A DNA stretch of 63,461 bases, counting the filler, from Octopus bimaculoides (Eukaryota): assembly GCF_001194135.2 (NCBI RefSeq). It is 8 parts of 7 records of this genome, joined end to end, with 100 filler letters (N's around TTAATTAATTAA, not from the genome) between each part and the next. Parts side by side here need not be neighbours in the genome. Positions count along the whole stretch, not along the records: positions 18,048 to 37,008 come from NC_068981.1; positions 37,109 to 38,988 come from NW_026350361.1; 6 more parts are not named here. One strand, given 5' to 3'. A program made the translations under genes and the position numbers. Below are positions 25,383 to 38,845 of the stretch, piece by piece. Numbering within the stretch: the stretch's first letter is position 1; each line of letters opens with the position of its first letter. The notes under the pieces were generated by a model. The model had not been told where the DNA came from. It searched no databases and was given only the letters and a program-made list of their open reading frames with translations.

Positions 25383-25454
<72 letters not shown>

Positions 25455-25455
25455 T
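25383..25455. repeat. Compound (GATA)n(GACA)n microsatellite (similar tracts at ~51525-51591 and ~60375-60450)
   Basis: Read directly. Confidence 0.95.
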
Positions 25456-25484
25456 ACAGATGTATATATTATTATATGACTTAT

Positions 25485-25695
25485 GAAGACGGTGGGCTAG
25501 CTGAATAGTTAGTACGCCGGACAAAATGATTAGTGCCATTTTGTCTGTTTTTATATTCTTAGTTCTAGTTCCGCTGAAGTCGACTTTGCCTTTCATCTGT
25601 TCTGGGTCGATAAAATAAGTACCAGTTGCGTACTGGGGAAACAATGTAATCGACTTAGTCCCCAAATTACTGGTCTTGTGCCAAAATTTGAAATT
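25485..25695 (+). mobile_element. tRNA-derived SINE, family B (degenerate)
   Basis: GTCGACTTTGCCTTTCATCTGTTCTGGGTCGATAAAATAAGTACCAG core. Confidence 0.75.
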
Positions 25696-26281
25696 ACTAT
25701 TATACGGTTGTATATTTAAATTCACTTCGGAGGACTATGGTTTCGGGCTCGAACCACATCGTGGCATCTTGAAATATATTTTTCTCCCATATTCTAGAGT
25801 TCAGCAAAAGCGCATGAGTGAAATTTAGTAGATGGAAATCCCCACGAGAGAAAATGTTCCTGTTCTTCAACCATAATCCGTGCCCCGTTTTTACATTACT
25901 ACCTGGTAAGCATTTATTTGAAATTATAGCCATTCCTTCCTTCCGTCTCAGAGTAAGAGTCTTTTTAAATTACTCATCTGTATAAAACTCCATCCACAAG
26001 GGATACCAAGGGAGAACATTTATCAACTCAAATACTTTCTCTAAAGTGGATGATAAATAGGTAGATATATTATTTTCTCGAAGACAGGTGTTCAGTACAT
26101 GACGCCTGGCTTCAAGAGTATATTCATAAGTTTTAAGTTGATATTTTTTGGCAATTAGTCTGAATTTATTAATAAGAAATAAAAGGTACCAACATTTTTT
26201 ACTAGATGAACCCACCTCGTATGACTCATGGCTTATCTAATATAATACAGACATACACACAGAAACACACACATACACATA

Positions 26282-26362
<81 letters not shown>

Positions 26363-29027
26363 ATAATTGTTTTTCTTTTTTTAAAACCAATATTTTGCTC
26401 ATATATCTTCCTGCAACATTCCGGGTCTGAAAGTACTTGCTTACCTCGATGTGATATGTGCGCGTGTATGTTCGTATATAATATATATACCTGTGTGTGT
26501 GTGTGTGCATGTATGTGCGTTTGTAAGTATGTACACACTGCTTAGCCCCTAACATCTTATGGTTACCTGATAAATAAAAATAAGGAAAGAGGAAATTTTC
26601 TAATTTGGAAATCATTGCACAGATATGTTTAATTTAATGGTTCGAGTAATCTCCTTAGTAGAGATGCATTGACAAGAAAGAGTCAAATGAGATAAATTAC
26701 GATGCATGTAATTTCTTTTAAGATTATTCACTGCTGAGATTAATGACAGAGAACTTTCGTTTAATACTATGATTTATTCTTTGTTATTTGAAACATTGCA
26801 ATGAATCATAGATATGTCAAAGAAACTAATCACTTGAAATGATAACTTCCTACGAGGTAGGAATAATAAGAATACTTCAAGATTGATCATAGGCATGTAA
26901 AAGACGCTAATCACCTTCAAATGATAATCTGCTAAGTAGCAGTAGCAGAAAGGTGAGAAAGATGTTTAAAATGTTTTGTAGTATCAGGATTTGATACTTT
27001 GAAGAGTAAGTAATTTATCATGAATTCAAGGCATTACACTGTAATTAATTTAGCATTCGTTGAAAGGCTGGGAGATTTTCTATAACCTCAAATTTTGCAC
27101 TCTTAGAACTCACCATCAATAACGAGTAAACATAACACTCCTAACTATCTTATTTAAACAATTTGCTAAATATATATGTATTAAATGGTTTACGATTGAT
27201 ATAACGTTTAGTGAAACTAATAGTGAGCTCAATTTATGACTTTCACTTTGTAGCATCCATCTACTTATGCAGTAATAAAATATTTAGGTTTCTGTTGATA
27301 ATGAGTCCTTTTTACAAAAGTAAGAAAGATAAAGTGAATAAAGATTTTGAAAAACGTAAACTATGAATTTCAACAATGTACAATGTAAAAAAGCGCTTGC
27401 ACTGCTGGCATCTAAAAGCTATATGCTAATCTTGAAAACTGTGAGTCTCACGATTCGGTGGATCGTAGGGTCAGCAACAAATTTTTCGGTTTCATGTTGT
27501 ATATATAATGCTTTGCAGAATTTATCTGGATTCTTACATTCTGAATTCAAATTTCGCCAAGTCCAACTTAACGTTTCGTCTATATGAGGTCGATAAATAA
27601 AGCATCGGTTTAGAGCGGTGGACGAGCGAAATTGTTAGAGAATCGGAAAGGATGCTTTGCTGTTTTTATACCAGTTTTTCTTTTTTTTTTTACATTCTGA
27701 ACTCAATTCAAACACCACAGAGGCCTAGCCGTCAGGTTTAACCACACCCTTTGGTACCTTTAATGGAACCCACTCTTTTACAAAATCTTGCTATTGGTAT
27801 CAAATTCAAGACAATTTTCTCTTTTTCTTCTTCCCACTTTACTTAGAGGCCATGGCTGGGTAGTGGCCATGACACTGAAAAAGATCGTGGCTACTAAACC
27901 TATCCTGACTTACCAATTACAACTTACCTCATGGTAGCTATTTACAGCTTTACACTGTCAAAATTCTTAGCTATCAATTATTACTTGCAGAATCAATGCC
28001 TATTATCTGTATATAGTATTCATTGATTCCCCTCAGTGGGAAGAATTCGGAACAAGTCTGTCTTATTTGTCATTTATTTTCTCATTTTACATTTAATGTC
28101 AATCAGGAAGACGCGATGTATTGTATATTAGTGTGTGGAATCTAGATTTTGAAATTAATATGATACTATCTACATAATCATACGTCGGACTTCAAATCTG
28201 AGACAAAACTGGACAATACATTCAAGCAATCACCTTTCAAGTAAATATCTTTCCATTTTATAGGCTTATTGTACATGGTCAATCCTTGAATGATTGCAGT
28301 GGCATATCAGTTTTTTCTCTGTGAAGATATTACTAGAGTTTCACCTAATCCCTATCCATTTCTGTGGTAAAAGGCATTATGAGTTGTCATGCATAAATTT
28401 TGTGATGGAAACGAGTCAATTTCAAAAGAGAGATAGAAGCGAAAGAAAGAGAATGGAGAAGACTCGATCCAATACTGGACTAGTTCTTTATTTATCGATG
28501 CCAAAAGAATGAAAGTAGAAGGACCTACGTATATATAACAAGGAATGTTGTCGGAGATTCTAACGATTTCGTTAATTCAATACCCTACATGAAAAATAAA
28601 AATGAAGTATCAGAACTAACCGAAAACAACTTCAGCGCCGAACCTACACTCATACACAATTAACACAGCACACAAAACATGTACATACAAGATCAGAGAG
28701 ATATGCACACATACACAGATAAAACAAGCACACTGTACGCTAAGCATGGTTTTCAGAAACAATAGTAAACTTACATATGTTTTACGAGTAAAAAGCATAA
28801 CATATACAAGCTGCAAATATAGAAACTATTCTAATATCTTAAGTAGTCTTGTGCACAGAAAAGCAAAGAGAAACGCTACTGAACCAAGGCTTCGGAAAAG
28901 AATGTTAAACAATTGAAGAAAAGATAAAATATATATCTTCGCAGAAAATGTAGATTCGTTACAAGAAAATGGTATTAAAGGTGGTTATTTACAATTCTCA
29001 GGTGAGTTGCTTAAGAAGGTAGAAGGT

Positions 29028-29102
<75 letters not shown>

Positions 29103-29275
29103 TATGCGTGTGTGTATGCACACATAGAGAGAGAGAAGGATAGAGTAAGAGAAGGAGAATAGAGAGAAAGGGAGAGAGATTATGCGTTTCAACCCAAACG
29201 CTGTGGCTATCACATTGTCAATGCCCCTTTTCATGTGGTTGGCTGTTGGTGATGGAAGGAGCCTAATATTGCTGC

Positions 29276-29307
<32 letters not shown>

Positions 29308-29406
29308 TTATATATATCGTCAGTGTATCATATATCCGAGAAAGAAGCACACTCTAAGACATAGAGCAATAATGTATATATATGAAGTTAATTATATATC
29401 CAGCCA

Positions 29407-29470
29407 TAGAGTGACCAATGATTTCGCATCCATCAAGGGCTTGGCTCTCTGGATAACTCGTCAGACTCTA
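29407..29470 (-). ncRNA. Intact type I hammerhead ribozyme
   Basis: Minus strand: TAGAGT-CTGACGA-GTTATCCA...TGGATGC-GAAA-TCATTGG-TC|ACTCTA; 6-bp stem I, 7-bp stem II with one bulge, GUC cleavage triplet. Confidence 0.85.
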
Positions 29471-30431
29471 AAACTGAAGGCCATATAGTTCCTCAGCATT
29501 GCGGGTAGACATCCATTAGTCAGTTAGTTAGTCAGTAAACAAAGAATAAATTATCCGGGTCGGCAAGCACAGATTATCTCCGTTAGACCAGTCCATATAA
29601 GCCAAAGAAGGTGCCCGGAGAACTCCGTCTTTAGGTTGCTTTTAGTTCGTAAGAACCTTTGCGGATCTAATCGATGAATGGGGGAACCCATGCCTACAGC
29701 AGGTACCGTTTTAAATGGATGCAGGCGCTGCAAATTTCTTACCGGAAATTCAATAATTCTGATTCCAGAAAGTCTTTCAGGATCCTTGTTCGCTCAGTTA
29801 TGAAAGCTTAAAATGGATCATATCCCATATAATTTCTTGAAACCTGGAAGAGGACAATAAAAGGACTAAAACATCCAGTTCTTCAAAATTTTATTAACAC
29901 TAGACTGTTTGCATATATGCTATGTTTTACGTATATGATAGCGAAGTCACTAAAATATTAATTGTTGTGCATGTGACAATTTGAACGAATGTATGACAAA
30001 TATTTGTGTTGACAAATATAAATGTTGACAAATATTTTTGGTTACAAGTTTTTACATTTCTCCTTTTTCCAGTTAATTGAATAATCAGCAGCGTCAAATT
30101 CAGAATTAAAACTCAAAAGGCTTACACTACCAATGAGTGTGTGTCCGTGCGTGCGCGCGCGTAGGTGTGTGTGAGTGTATGCATGTATGATTTATATGCG
30201 TGTGATAGATAGATAGATAGATGGACAGACAGATACATAGAGAGCAAGAGGGAGAGAGAATACATGAGAAAGACTGGCTAAAGAGGCTGAATGCTGGAAA
30301 TTGAAGTCCCTGACGGCCTGAATTTAATTTTACTATAAATTTAAGTGCTCCATTGTTTTCATTAACTCTTCTTTAAAATAATTAACCTAATTTAACAATA
30401 AAACAAAACGTATATATATATATATATATAT

Positions 30432-30835
30432 ATTTAAAGAAAACAGAAAATGGAGATAATATTGATGAACAACAATTCATTTGCATCAATTATTATTTAT
30501 TAATTATTTACAAAAAGACTGCACCATCTCACTGGGGTGATGCACACGCAACATGACTTGATTCTCATCATATTCAGCTTTTCCTTCTTTTCTTGTCTCC
30601 TCTTTTTATCTATTTACATATTTTCCACACTGAAGAATCGCTATGTTTCAAATCGGTTTTATTACCAGCTATGATATATATTTTTAGCATAATAATAGTG
30701 ATACCAAAGAACATTGGCAGCAGAAACAGCTGTAAGATTGGATGCAGTATTTTTGAAAATAATTAATAAATAATAATTGATACAAATCAATTGTTGTTCA
30801 TGAATATTATTTCCATTTTCTGTGTTCTTTAAATT
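30432..30835. mobile_element. ~400-bp element with ~95-bp terminal inverted arms and hammerhead remnants
   Basis: TTTAAAGAAAACAGAAAATGGAGATAATATTGATGAACAACAATT...GACTGCACCATCTCAC is inverted at ~30735-30835; internal CTGAAGA (30630) and GAAACAGCTGTA|AGA (30723-30737); preceded by (TA)n. Confidence 0.75.
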
Positions 30836-30986
30836 TTGATTCCTGCTAAACTCCTGTTTATCCCTGTCTTTACTTATAACTTATGAGCATAACATGTTTG
30901 CCCATGTTTAAATATAGGTAATATACCGGTAGTATAATGGATACTTTTATTCCTTATACTGTTATTTTAACCTCTTACTCAACTAA

Positions 30987-31029
<43 letters not shown>

Positions 31030-31330
31030 CACATACACACACATGTATATATACATACATACACACACACACACATATATATATATGTATATATATATGT
31101 ATATATATATATGTGTATATATATNNNNNNNNNNNNNNNNNNNNNNNNNNNNNNNNNNNNNNNNNNNNNNNNNNNNNNNNNNNNNNNNNNNNNNNNNNNN
31201 NNNNNNNNNNNNNNNNNNNNNNNNNNNNNNNNNNNNNNNNNNNNNNNNNNNNNNNNNNNNNNNNNNNNNNNNNNNNNATATATATATATATATATATATA
31301 CATATATTATGTTTCATACTACATGCATTA

Positions 31331-31380
31331 TAAGCGCTACTAATTGTTTCACGTACATAAGTACGTTCATCAGGCGCTTA
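31331..31380 (-). ncRNA. Intact minimal type I hammerhead ribozyme
   Basis: Minus strand: TAAGCGC-CTGATGA-ACGTAC-TTAT-GTACGT-GAAA-CAATTAG-TA|GCGCTTA; perfect 7-bp stem I and 6-bp stem II. Confidence 0.92.
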
Positions 31381-31503
31381 TTTGAATCTAGGTGAACATG
31401 AAACTATTAGTAGCGTATATAATGCGTATAGCATGAAACATTTATAGTAATATTAGACTCTCATTAGATGGAGTACTCTACTTAATGATTTTTACACAAA
31501 TTA

Positions 31504-31542
<39 letters not shown>

Positions 31543-32176
31543 ACACGCACATAGACACATAATCATATACATACTATTACACATATACCCACCATTTGCT
31601 TAATACTTTTCTTATGTTTGTACACGAATATCACTTTGCGTATATGTGCGTGCTTTATGTTCGCATGTCTGTATTCATGTCTTTGTATGTACGTATATGT
31701 TAAATATAAGCATGCAGAAACTAACTCTGATGTTGGTGGAAAGACGAAAAGGATTAAATGCAAGTAAAAGCCCAGTATATCTTTGTATTTTATATACAGA
31801 ACAGTTTATTTTTGTTTTGTGAGTGTACTACGATGATGCCTTAATATCTGTCATTATCTGTCTCAAAGATGTTATTTTTCTATCAGACATATTCTCCTTC
31901 TTTAGAGAGTCTATATTTACTATACTATTCTGTGCGGTTAGTGAAAAACGTGTGTCACCAAGCAATTTGTTTTAACGGCAGCCGCCTTCATACATTTTAT
32001 TTTTTATGTCATTTCTTATTGATTTCATGGGTCACTGCATGTAACTCTATGATAGAATCCAAACAACTTTATCCAGAGACTTCCTAAATTGTTTGCGTTG
32101 TATACTTTTTAAAGAAATATAGAAAATAGGACATAAGACAGAGAATGCTGTAAGAAAAGAAGACAGTTATATAGGT

Positions 32177-32296
32177 GAAGAAGAAGAAGAAGAAGAAGAA
32201 GAAGAAGAAGAAGAAGAAGAAGAAGAAGAAGAAGAAGAAGAAGAAGAAGAAGAAGAAGAAGAAGAAGAAGAAGAAGAAGAAGAAGAAGAAGAAGAA
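32177..32296. repeat. (GAA)40 trinucleotide microsatellite; second (AGA)n tract at ~33766-33856
   Basis: Read directly; produces the poly-K/F/R/L ORFs. Confidence 0.97.
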
Positions 32297-35159
32297 GGTG
32301 TTCGACGTATTAGTTGAGAGGCTGAGAGAAGCCGTCATAGTATCAATAGAGGAGACAAATAAGTGAAATGGGAACTCTGTTTCTTTTTCTGGTGGTTTGT
32401 ATTATGTTGATTGAATCTTTACTAGCAGATGAATATTCCGGTTTCTTTCGTTTGCTTGTTTTTATATTTGTGTCAAAATATATAGTTTTCTATATTAATA
32501 TGTATAACAGCAAAGCTGTCCCAGAAATGTAAGTAGCCCATCTATAAGAATTGCTCTTAGGCTTTGTTGAGGAAGATTTTTCGGTTTACTTTCTTTTACT
32601 AATCTCCTTTCATTTTCTTCCCACATAAAGAGGGTGTATTCGTCTCCAAGACGGATGAGATTGTTAACGATGATTTTTTTTTTTTTTAACAGCTCTAAGT
32701 CCACGACTGCAGCAAATTCAAGAGAGCAGAGCTTAGTGGTTAGTGCGCGACTTGAGAGGAAAACTTAAAATAAGTGATGGTAAGTGAATTAAATCGGTAG
32801 AGGAGGCTCGTGAGCAGTCAAATCAGATCAGAGAATATTATAGATACGGTAGAAAAATTAGAGTGATGTGAAAAGAGAGTGCATGTTTGGGTAAATCACG
32901 AGCTAAAATATTTTGTGATCTTGAAAAGAAATCTTAGGCAACGCAAATTATACGTATAAATATACCGTAAGAGTTCAGTAACGAGTGTGAGGACTTGCAA
33001 AAGTTGCTGGTTTTGAGAATTTAGGAAACATGAAGCCAATTAAGCTTCTGTTTGTGGATTCATCATTATAGCCGCTCTTAAGTCCCAGGTAAACAGTCTA
33101 GTGTAAAAAAAAAATCAGCAAAAAAATGTAGCAAAGAAGCATACACATCATGCAAGAAATGAGCCATTTAAAAGACTGATAGGGAGCACTGTTAAGTTAT
33201 CTACATACTACCCAGGAGAGAATGTATCACCTAACATTGAACGTAGGCTATGCAAAATCAAATCCGAGCTATTAACAACACCATTGCTAAATGTGAGAAG
33301 TCGCACTCTAGGTAGCAACTTACCATGAAGCATGTTGTAGCCATCTGAAATAGAATATAGTATGTATATAACAGCAAAGCCAAAAGCAAAAAAAAAATGA
33401 ATGTATTGGCGCTGGTGGATTACAAAATGTATTGGTTGAACCCAAAATCTGTAGCCAGATTAAAAGATAGCTACTATTTTTGTTCTCCGGCAATACAAAA
33501 TAGAGACATGTTTTTAATGGAAGTCGGTTGTATACTTGATATCAATGTCATAGATGAGTAGCCTGCAAATCTAGTCACTGCAATACATCTTCAGAAGGAC
33601 TGAGCATCAGGACATCCATCATCTTACTTGTGTCAAAATGTAGATGAACTTGATTCACTAAGAAAAACGTTGCTCCTTAATACATATGTTGTCATAGTTG
33701 CAAAGAAGAATGATGATGAGAGGAAGAGGCAGATGAGAAAAAGAAGAAGGAGGAGGAGGAGAAGGAGAAGAAGAAGAAGAAGAAGAAGAAGAAGAAGAAG
33801 AAGAAGAAGAAGAAGAAGAAGAAGAAGAAGAAGAAGAAGAAGAAGAAGAAGAAGAATACAGGGGCTACTGATATGAAGTGTTGGCAGGCAACAGAAATAC
33901 AAAGAGGGGAAGAGACGAACAAACAAGCAAAGGGAAAACGGAGCAAGTGAGAAAGAAATTGACGAAAATGGTTTTGAGAGTGAAAGGTTTATTGATAGTA
34001 AGAGAGATTCTAAAATGAAAGTCTAGTATGTCGATGATATGGTTTATCTGCCACCATCATTTATCTACTACTCTTAGAGAATTGAAGTGAGAAACATTTC
34101 CGGTGATAATTTCACATGTTACCGGATGGTTATAATATTGATAGCGTAAATCTTGTTTTACATAGATATAGAACACCAGCCAAAGAAGTCATAAATTTGG
34201 GTGCAAAGATTTTTGTAAATAAGGGTACGTACTAATTTTTCTTCTTAATCTGTTTCTGCAGAAAATTCTATAATGGATTGGGATACGTGAGAGTATATTA
34301 ACTGTTATCTTATTTCTTTATTAGGAAGACTGACTAATAGAGTTTGAAATACTAGCTGAAAAGCTGTAGATTGCTAGGGAGGAGAAGGAGGTTTGTATTT
34401 TAACGTTTAAACAAGAAGGAAAGGCAATGATGACATATTTCAAGGAATGATAGACTAGTAGAAGAGCGCGGAGAAGATATCCGCAAACCGTAGACCCTGC
34501 TCCAATACTTCCATTAGGTATACTCCGCTAAAAGTAGACAAGGACACCGTGGTAGAGTTGTAGATTAAGTCAATTAGATGGCAATTAGATGTATATACAA
34601 ATGCATAAAAAAAGTACGTAGAAAAGAGTAAACTGAAATTTGAAAATGAAACGTCTGTGAATTCTGTGAAAAGAAAAACAGAAATGTCAATAACACAAAA
34701 TTGGTGTAAGTTCCACAATATGCATGTGATGGTAGGACAAAGTTCACGAAAGAGATAAAATAACTGTGATGTGGTAGTTGGTAAAATTGTCTTAGAAAAT
34801 ATAACTGTGATGTGGTAGTTGGTACAATTGACGTAGAAAGTATACCTGTGATGAAAGGTATGCAAAGAGAAACGTAATGCATGTGATTTAGAAGACAAAT
34901 AGTGCAGGAGAACAACGTTGATCTGTTTTGAGTGAGAAGCGGACAATAAGAAAGAAGTAACAGAAAGTTTGCATCTGTGCGTATGAGTGTTGACAAGCTG
35001 AAGAGTGAGTAAGAGTCAAACAGAAGCGACAAGTTGAATTGTGGGGAAGGATACCTTTTAAAGCTTTCGATGAAAACAGGAATACCGAACTTGTAATACA
35101 TATATATATATATATGCATATACGTATGCATGTATATATTAGGTCATTGATATATATCG

Positions 35160-36375
35160 ACAAGAAGAGGGTTTACCTATGAATTCGCCATTATCACGGA
35201 TAATAGCCAATATATACATGGAATACTTTGAGAATTTGGCTTTAGGATCAATACCACTGAAACCAACCCTATGGCTGCGATATGTTGATGACACCTTTAT
35301 TCTCTGGCCCCATCAGGAAGATTTCCAAATGCTGTTAGATCATGTGAACTCAATAAAGCCATCCATACAGTTCACAATGGGAAAGGAAAAAGACAATCAG
35401 CTAGCATTCCTGGACGTATTAATAACACGCAACAAGTACGGATTCAGGACATCTGTATACCGCAAGCCGACCTTCACTGGACGATACCTTAGCTTCAATT
35501 CCCACTATCCATACAGTATAAAGAGAGGAATTGCTCAGTGCCTAAAACATCGAGCAAAGAATATCAGTAGCAATCGTGATACCCATCACGAAGAAATGAT
35601 CAAGCTCAATAACAATCTATTAAGCAATAACTACCCAAAAAACATACTATCTACTCCAATTATGAAGAAAAGAGAGGATGTAACCAATAAATTGTCTACA
35701 GTCTGTCTACTCTATGTGAAAGGCCTCTCTGAATAGATACAAAAGATATGCGGCCCATATAATATCAGGCCAGCATTCAAGAGTAATACAACACTTCGCA
35801 AATATCTCCTTCAGGTAAAACCACCAATAGAAGAGAATATATATAACCAAAAAATACGTGTACTCCATCCCATGCAGCTATGGTAGATTATACAAAGGCG
35901 AAACATGCCGCCCCTTCAAAATAAGGGTAGAGAAACATCGCAAAGCTGTGACACGAGGAGATATTGATAAATCGGTTATAGCTGATCATGTATGGAAAAA
36001 TAGAGACCACCTCCCTCTGTGAGATGAAGTTAAAATAATAGACAGATAACACCACTGGAAAATACGAAAACTAAAAGAAACAGCACATATGTTAGGACAC
36101 AACGACCTCCTAAGCAGACCGAGTGCAGATATGAATAGCAAATGGGAACCGGTATTAAGGAAGGATAGGAAAATATTAGATTTATAAACCCTAAAATTCA
36201 CTCCATAATTGCCCACGGGCATATGGCGTAGTGGTTAAGAGCGCAGGTTACTAACACCGAGATTCCGAGTTTAATTCCAGGCAGTGACCAGCATAATAAT
36301 AAGAGGAAGAAGAACATCGAAAAATACCTTAGGAATGAGAACCCATGTTCGAAATTTCTCCAAGACACCTGATGA
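35160..36375 (+). mobile_element. 5'-truncated Penelope-like element: RT, GIY-YIG, 3' UTR with tRNA-like segment and truncated hammerhead core
   Basis: QEEGLPMNSPLSRIIANIYME, WLRYVDDTF, LAFLDVLI, VYRKPT; YVYSIPCSYGRLYKGETCRPFKIRVEKH...KLKETAHM; 3' CACCTGATGA at 36365-36374. Confidence 0.92.
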
Positions 36376-36964
36376 GGACAAATATCCGTCAAATGTAAAT
36401 AATGTAGAAAAGGTGAAATTACAAGGAATATCGCAATTATAAAAACGTAATAAAAGAGAATGAAAGAGAAATATGTAAAGTGGTTTTATTAACTTAATTA
36501 CCTTAAATATGGGACGATATGTACGAGAGGAAGGCGATGGAGCTGGGAGGAGAAGGATTATTGTTTGGAAGATGAATTTCTTTCCATTAGAAAGAACAAC
36601 TTCTGCTGTTTTCTCTCTCATTTAGCTTAGTTTATACCTTTTGGATACACGAGTTTCACTTTTCTCACTTGCATGTCGTTTCATTTCATTAGAAATAATA
36701 TATATATAGTTATATACACACACACACACACACACACACATGTATATATATATATTTGGGGCCAACCAGATTTGAACAGTCTGAAGTGTAACCGGCTGAA
36801 ACTGTAAGGATAATTTGGAAACATGACTGACTAGAGAAGGCTGCGAATAACCTGTTCTTTGTTTTTCCTGTCCGTCTTTTCCTTGTTTCTCTGTCCGACT
36901 TTGTATCGTCTATCTGTTCGGATGCTTTATTTTCGTCTGTTGCGTTCTTGTTCCATTTTTGGGA

Positions 36965-37008
<44 letters not shown>

Positions 37009-37127
37009 NNNNNNNNNNNNNNNNNNNNNNNNNNNNNNNNNNNNNNNNNNNNTTAATTAATTAANNNNNNNNNNNNNNNNNNNNNNNNNNNNNNNNNNNN
37101 NNNNNNNNATATATATGTAAATATACA

Positions 37128-37282
37128 GGCGCAGGAGTGGCTGTGTGGTAAGTAGCTTGCTTACCAACCACACTGTTCTGGGTTCTGTCCCACTGCGTGG
37201 CACATTGGGCAAATGTCTTCTGCTATAGCCTCGGGCCGACTAAAGCCTTGTGAGTGGATTTGGTAGACGGAAACTGAAGATA

Positions 37283-37325
<43 letters not shown>

Positions 37326-37335
37326 NNNNNNNNNN

Positions 37336-37376
<41 letters not shown>

Positions 37377-37632
37377 GTGTGTGTGTCTGTATGTGTGTGT
37401 GTGTGTATGTATTAGTGTGTCTGTTTGTACTTCCACCATCGCTTGACAACCGATGTTGGTATGTTTACGTCCCCGTAATCTAGCGGTTCGGGAAAAGAAA
37501 CTGATAAAGTAAATACTAGGCTTACAAAGAATAAGTTCTGGGGTCGGTTTGTTCAACTAAAACCCTTTAAGGCGTGCTCCAGCATGGCTGCAGTCAAATG
37601 ATTGAAACAAGTAAAAGAATAAAAAATAAAAG
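37128..37632 (+). mobile_element. tRNA-derived SINE, family A (full length, internal CT/TA/GT microsatellite)
   Basis: GGCGCAGGAGTGGCTGTGTGGTAAGTAGCTTG head; tail GCTCCAGCATGGCTGCAGTCAAATGATTGAAACAAGTAAAAGAATAAAAAATAAAAG. Resembles described octopus tRNA-SINEs (family name not verified). Confidence 0.9.
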
Positions 37633-38434
37633 TATACTGAATTTAGAACAGTTTAAGTTAGATGTAGTTTGTTGCGATGGAATATTTCCTTTAAAAATTT
37701 TAAAGAATAAGTTTTGGATTTTTGTTTTCACGTGTAAAGAAAATGGAACGTTATACCAAGTAATATTTCATTTTCTACTTATTCTAGAGCTATGTATTGG
37801 TAGGGTATCAATACATTAAATAATGTAGTTGTGGGGAAACAAAAAATAAGAAAGGACGAAAATCTTTGGCTGATGAAATAAAAGAAGGTATGATTGTATT
37901 TGGTGTTTTGATGAAAAGCCTGCTGGGACAGAATTAATCTGGAAGCGAATAACAGAAGCAGGGACAACGTTAACAACGTAATCAACAGCGAAGCAATGGC
38001 AACGGGAAACCAACGCGACCAACAGAACAATAACAACAACAACAAAACAAGGATAAAAACAAAAGCAAAAATAACAATTACAGAAGAACAATAACAGACA
38101 TAAAGACAATTACATGGCAGTAACAGTAACAAGAATAATAGCAAGAAAACAATGGGAATTACAATAACAACAGCAACAACAACAACAATATTCGAAGAAC
38201 AAAATATTGTAGGAATTCAGCCCAGAGAAAAGAAAATGAAAGAGAAAAAAAAAGAAAAGGACACGTTAAAAGTAATAACGTAAAAAAAAAAATAAATAAA
38301 CAAATGGTTATGAAGACGATTGAGGTTACCATGGAAACATTGAAACAAACAAACAAACGTAGCAAAATGTATAGCCTCGATACCCACAATTAACAGCAAA
38401 CCGAAGGAAAACACTAATAAATAAATAAATAAAT

Positions 38435-38845
38435 GAAATGGTAGTCCTTTCTACCAAAGGCACTAGACCATGAAATTTTGGGGGAGGGGACTTGTCGATT
38501 ACATCGACCCGAGTGTTTCACTGGTACTTAATTTAACAACCCCGAAAGGATGAAAGGCAAGTCGACCTCGGCGGAATTTGAACTCAAAACGTAGCAACGG
38601 GCGAAATACCTATTTCTTTACTGCCCACAAGGGGTTATACACAGAGGGGACAAACAAGGACAGACAAACAGATTAAGTCGATTATATCGACCCCAGTGCG
38701 TAACTGGTACTTATTTAATCGACCCCGAAAGGATGAAAGGCAAAGTCGACCTCGGTGGAATTTGAAATCCAAACGCAAAGACAGGCGAAATGCAGCGAAG
38801 CATTTTGCCCGGCGTGCTTAAGATTCCGCCAGTTCACCGTCTTAA
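38435..38845 (-). mobile_element. Two tandem family B SINE copies with different 3' tails
   Basis: Core CCCCGAAAGGATGAAAGGCAA(A)GTCGACCTCGG(C/T)GGAATTTG occurs at ~38540-38580 and ~38722-38762. Confidence 0.85.

Noticed and set aside
29743-29843. Host protein-coding exon on the minus strand
   Set aside because: Good splice signals but stops in all three frames and no partner exons identified.
30630-30737. Functional hammerhead
   Set aside because: Core and 3' half are present but stem I does not pair; kept only as a remnant.
34455-35163. Long minus-strand ORFs (163-185 aa)
   Set aside because: F/L/S-rich antisense readings of purine-rich DNA with no recognisable motif; includes only a ~41-bp tandem duplication near 34760-34850.
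36217-36290. Functional tRNA gene
   Set aside because: B-box degenerate, no convincing cloverleaf, embedded in a PLE UTR.
37779-38414. Hydrophobic ORFs resembling membrane proteins
   Set aside because: Reverse complement of CAA/TAA-rich low-complexity sequence.
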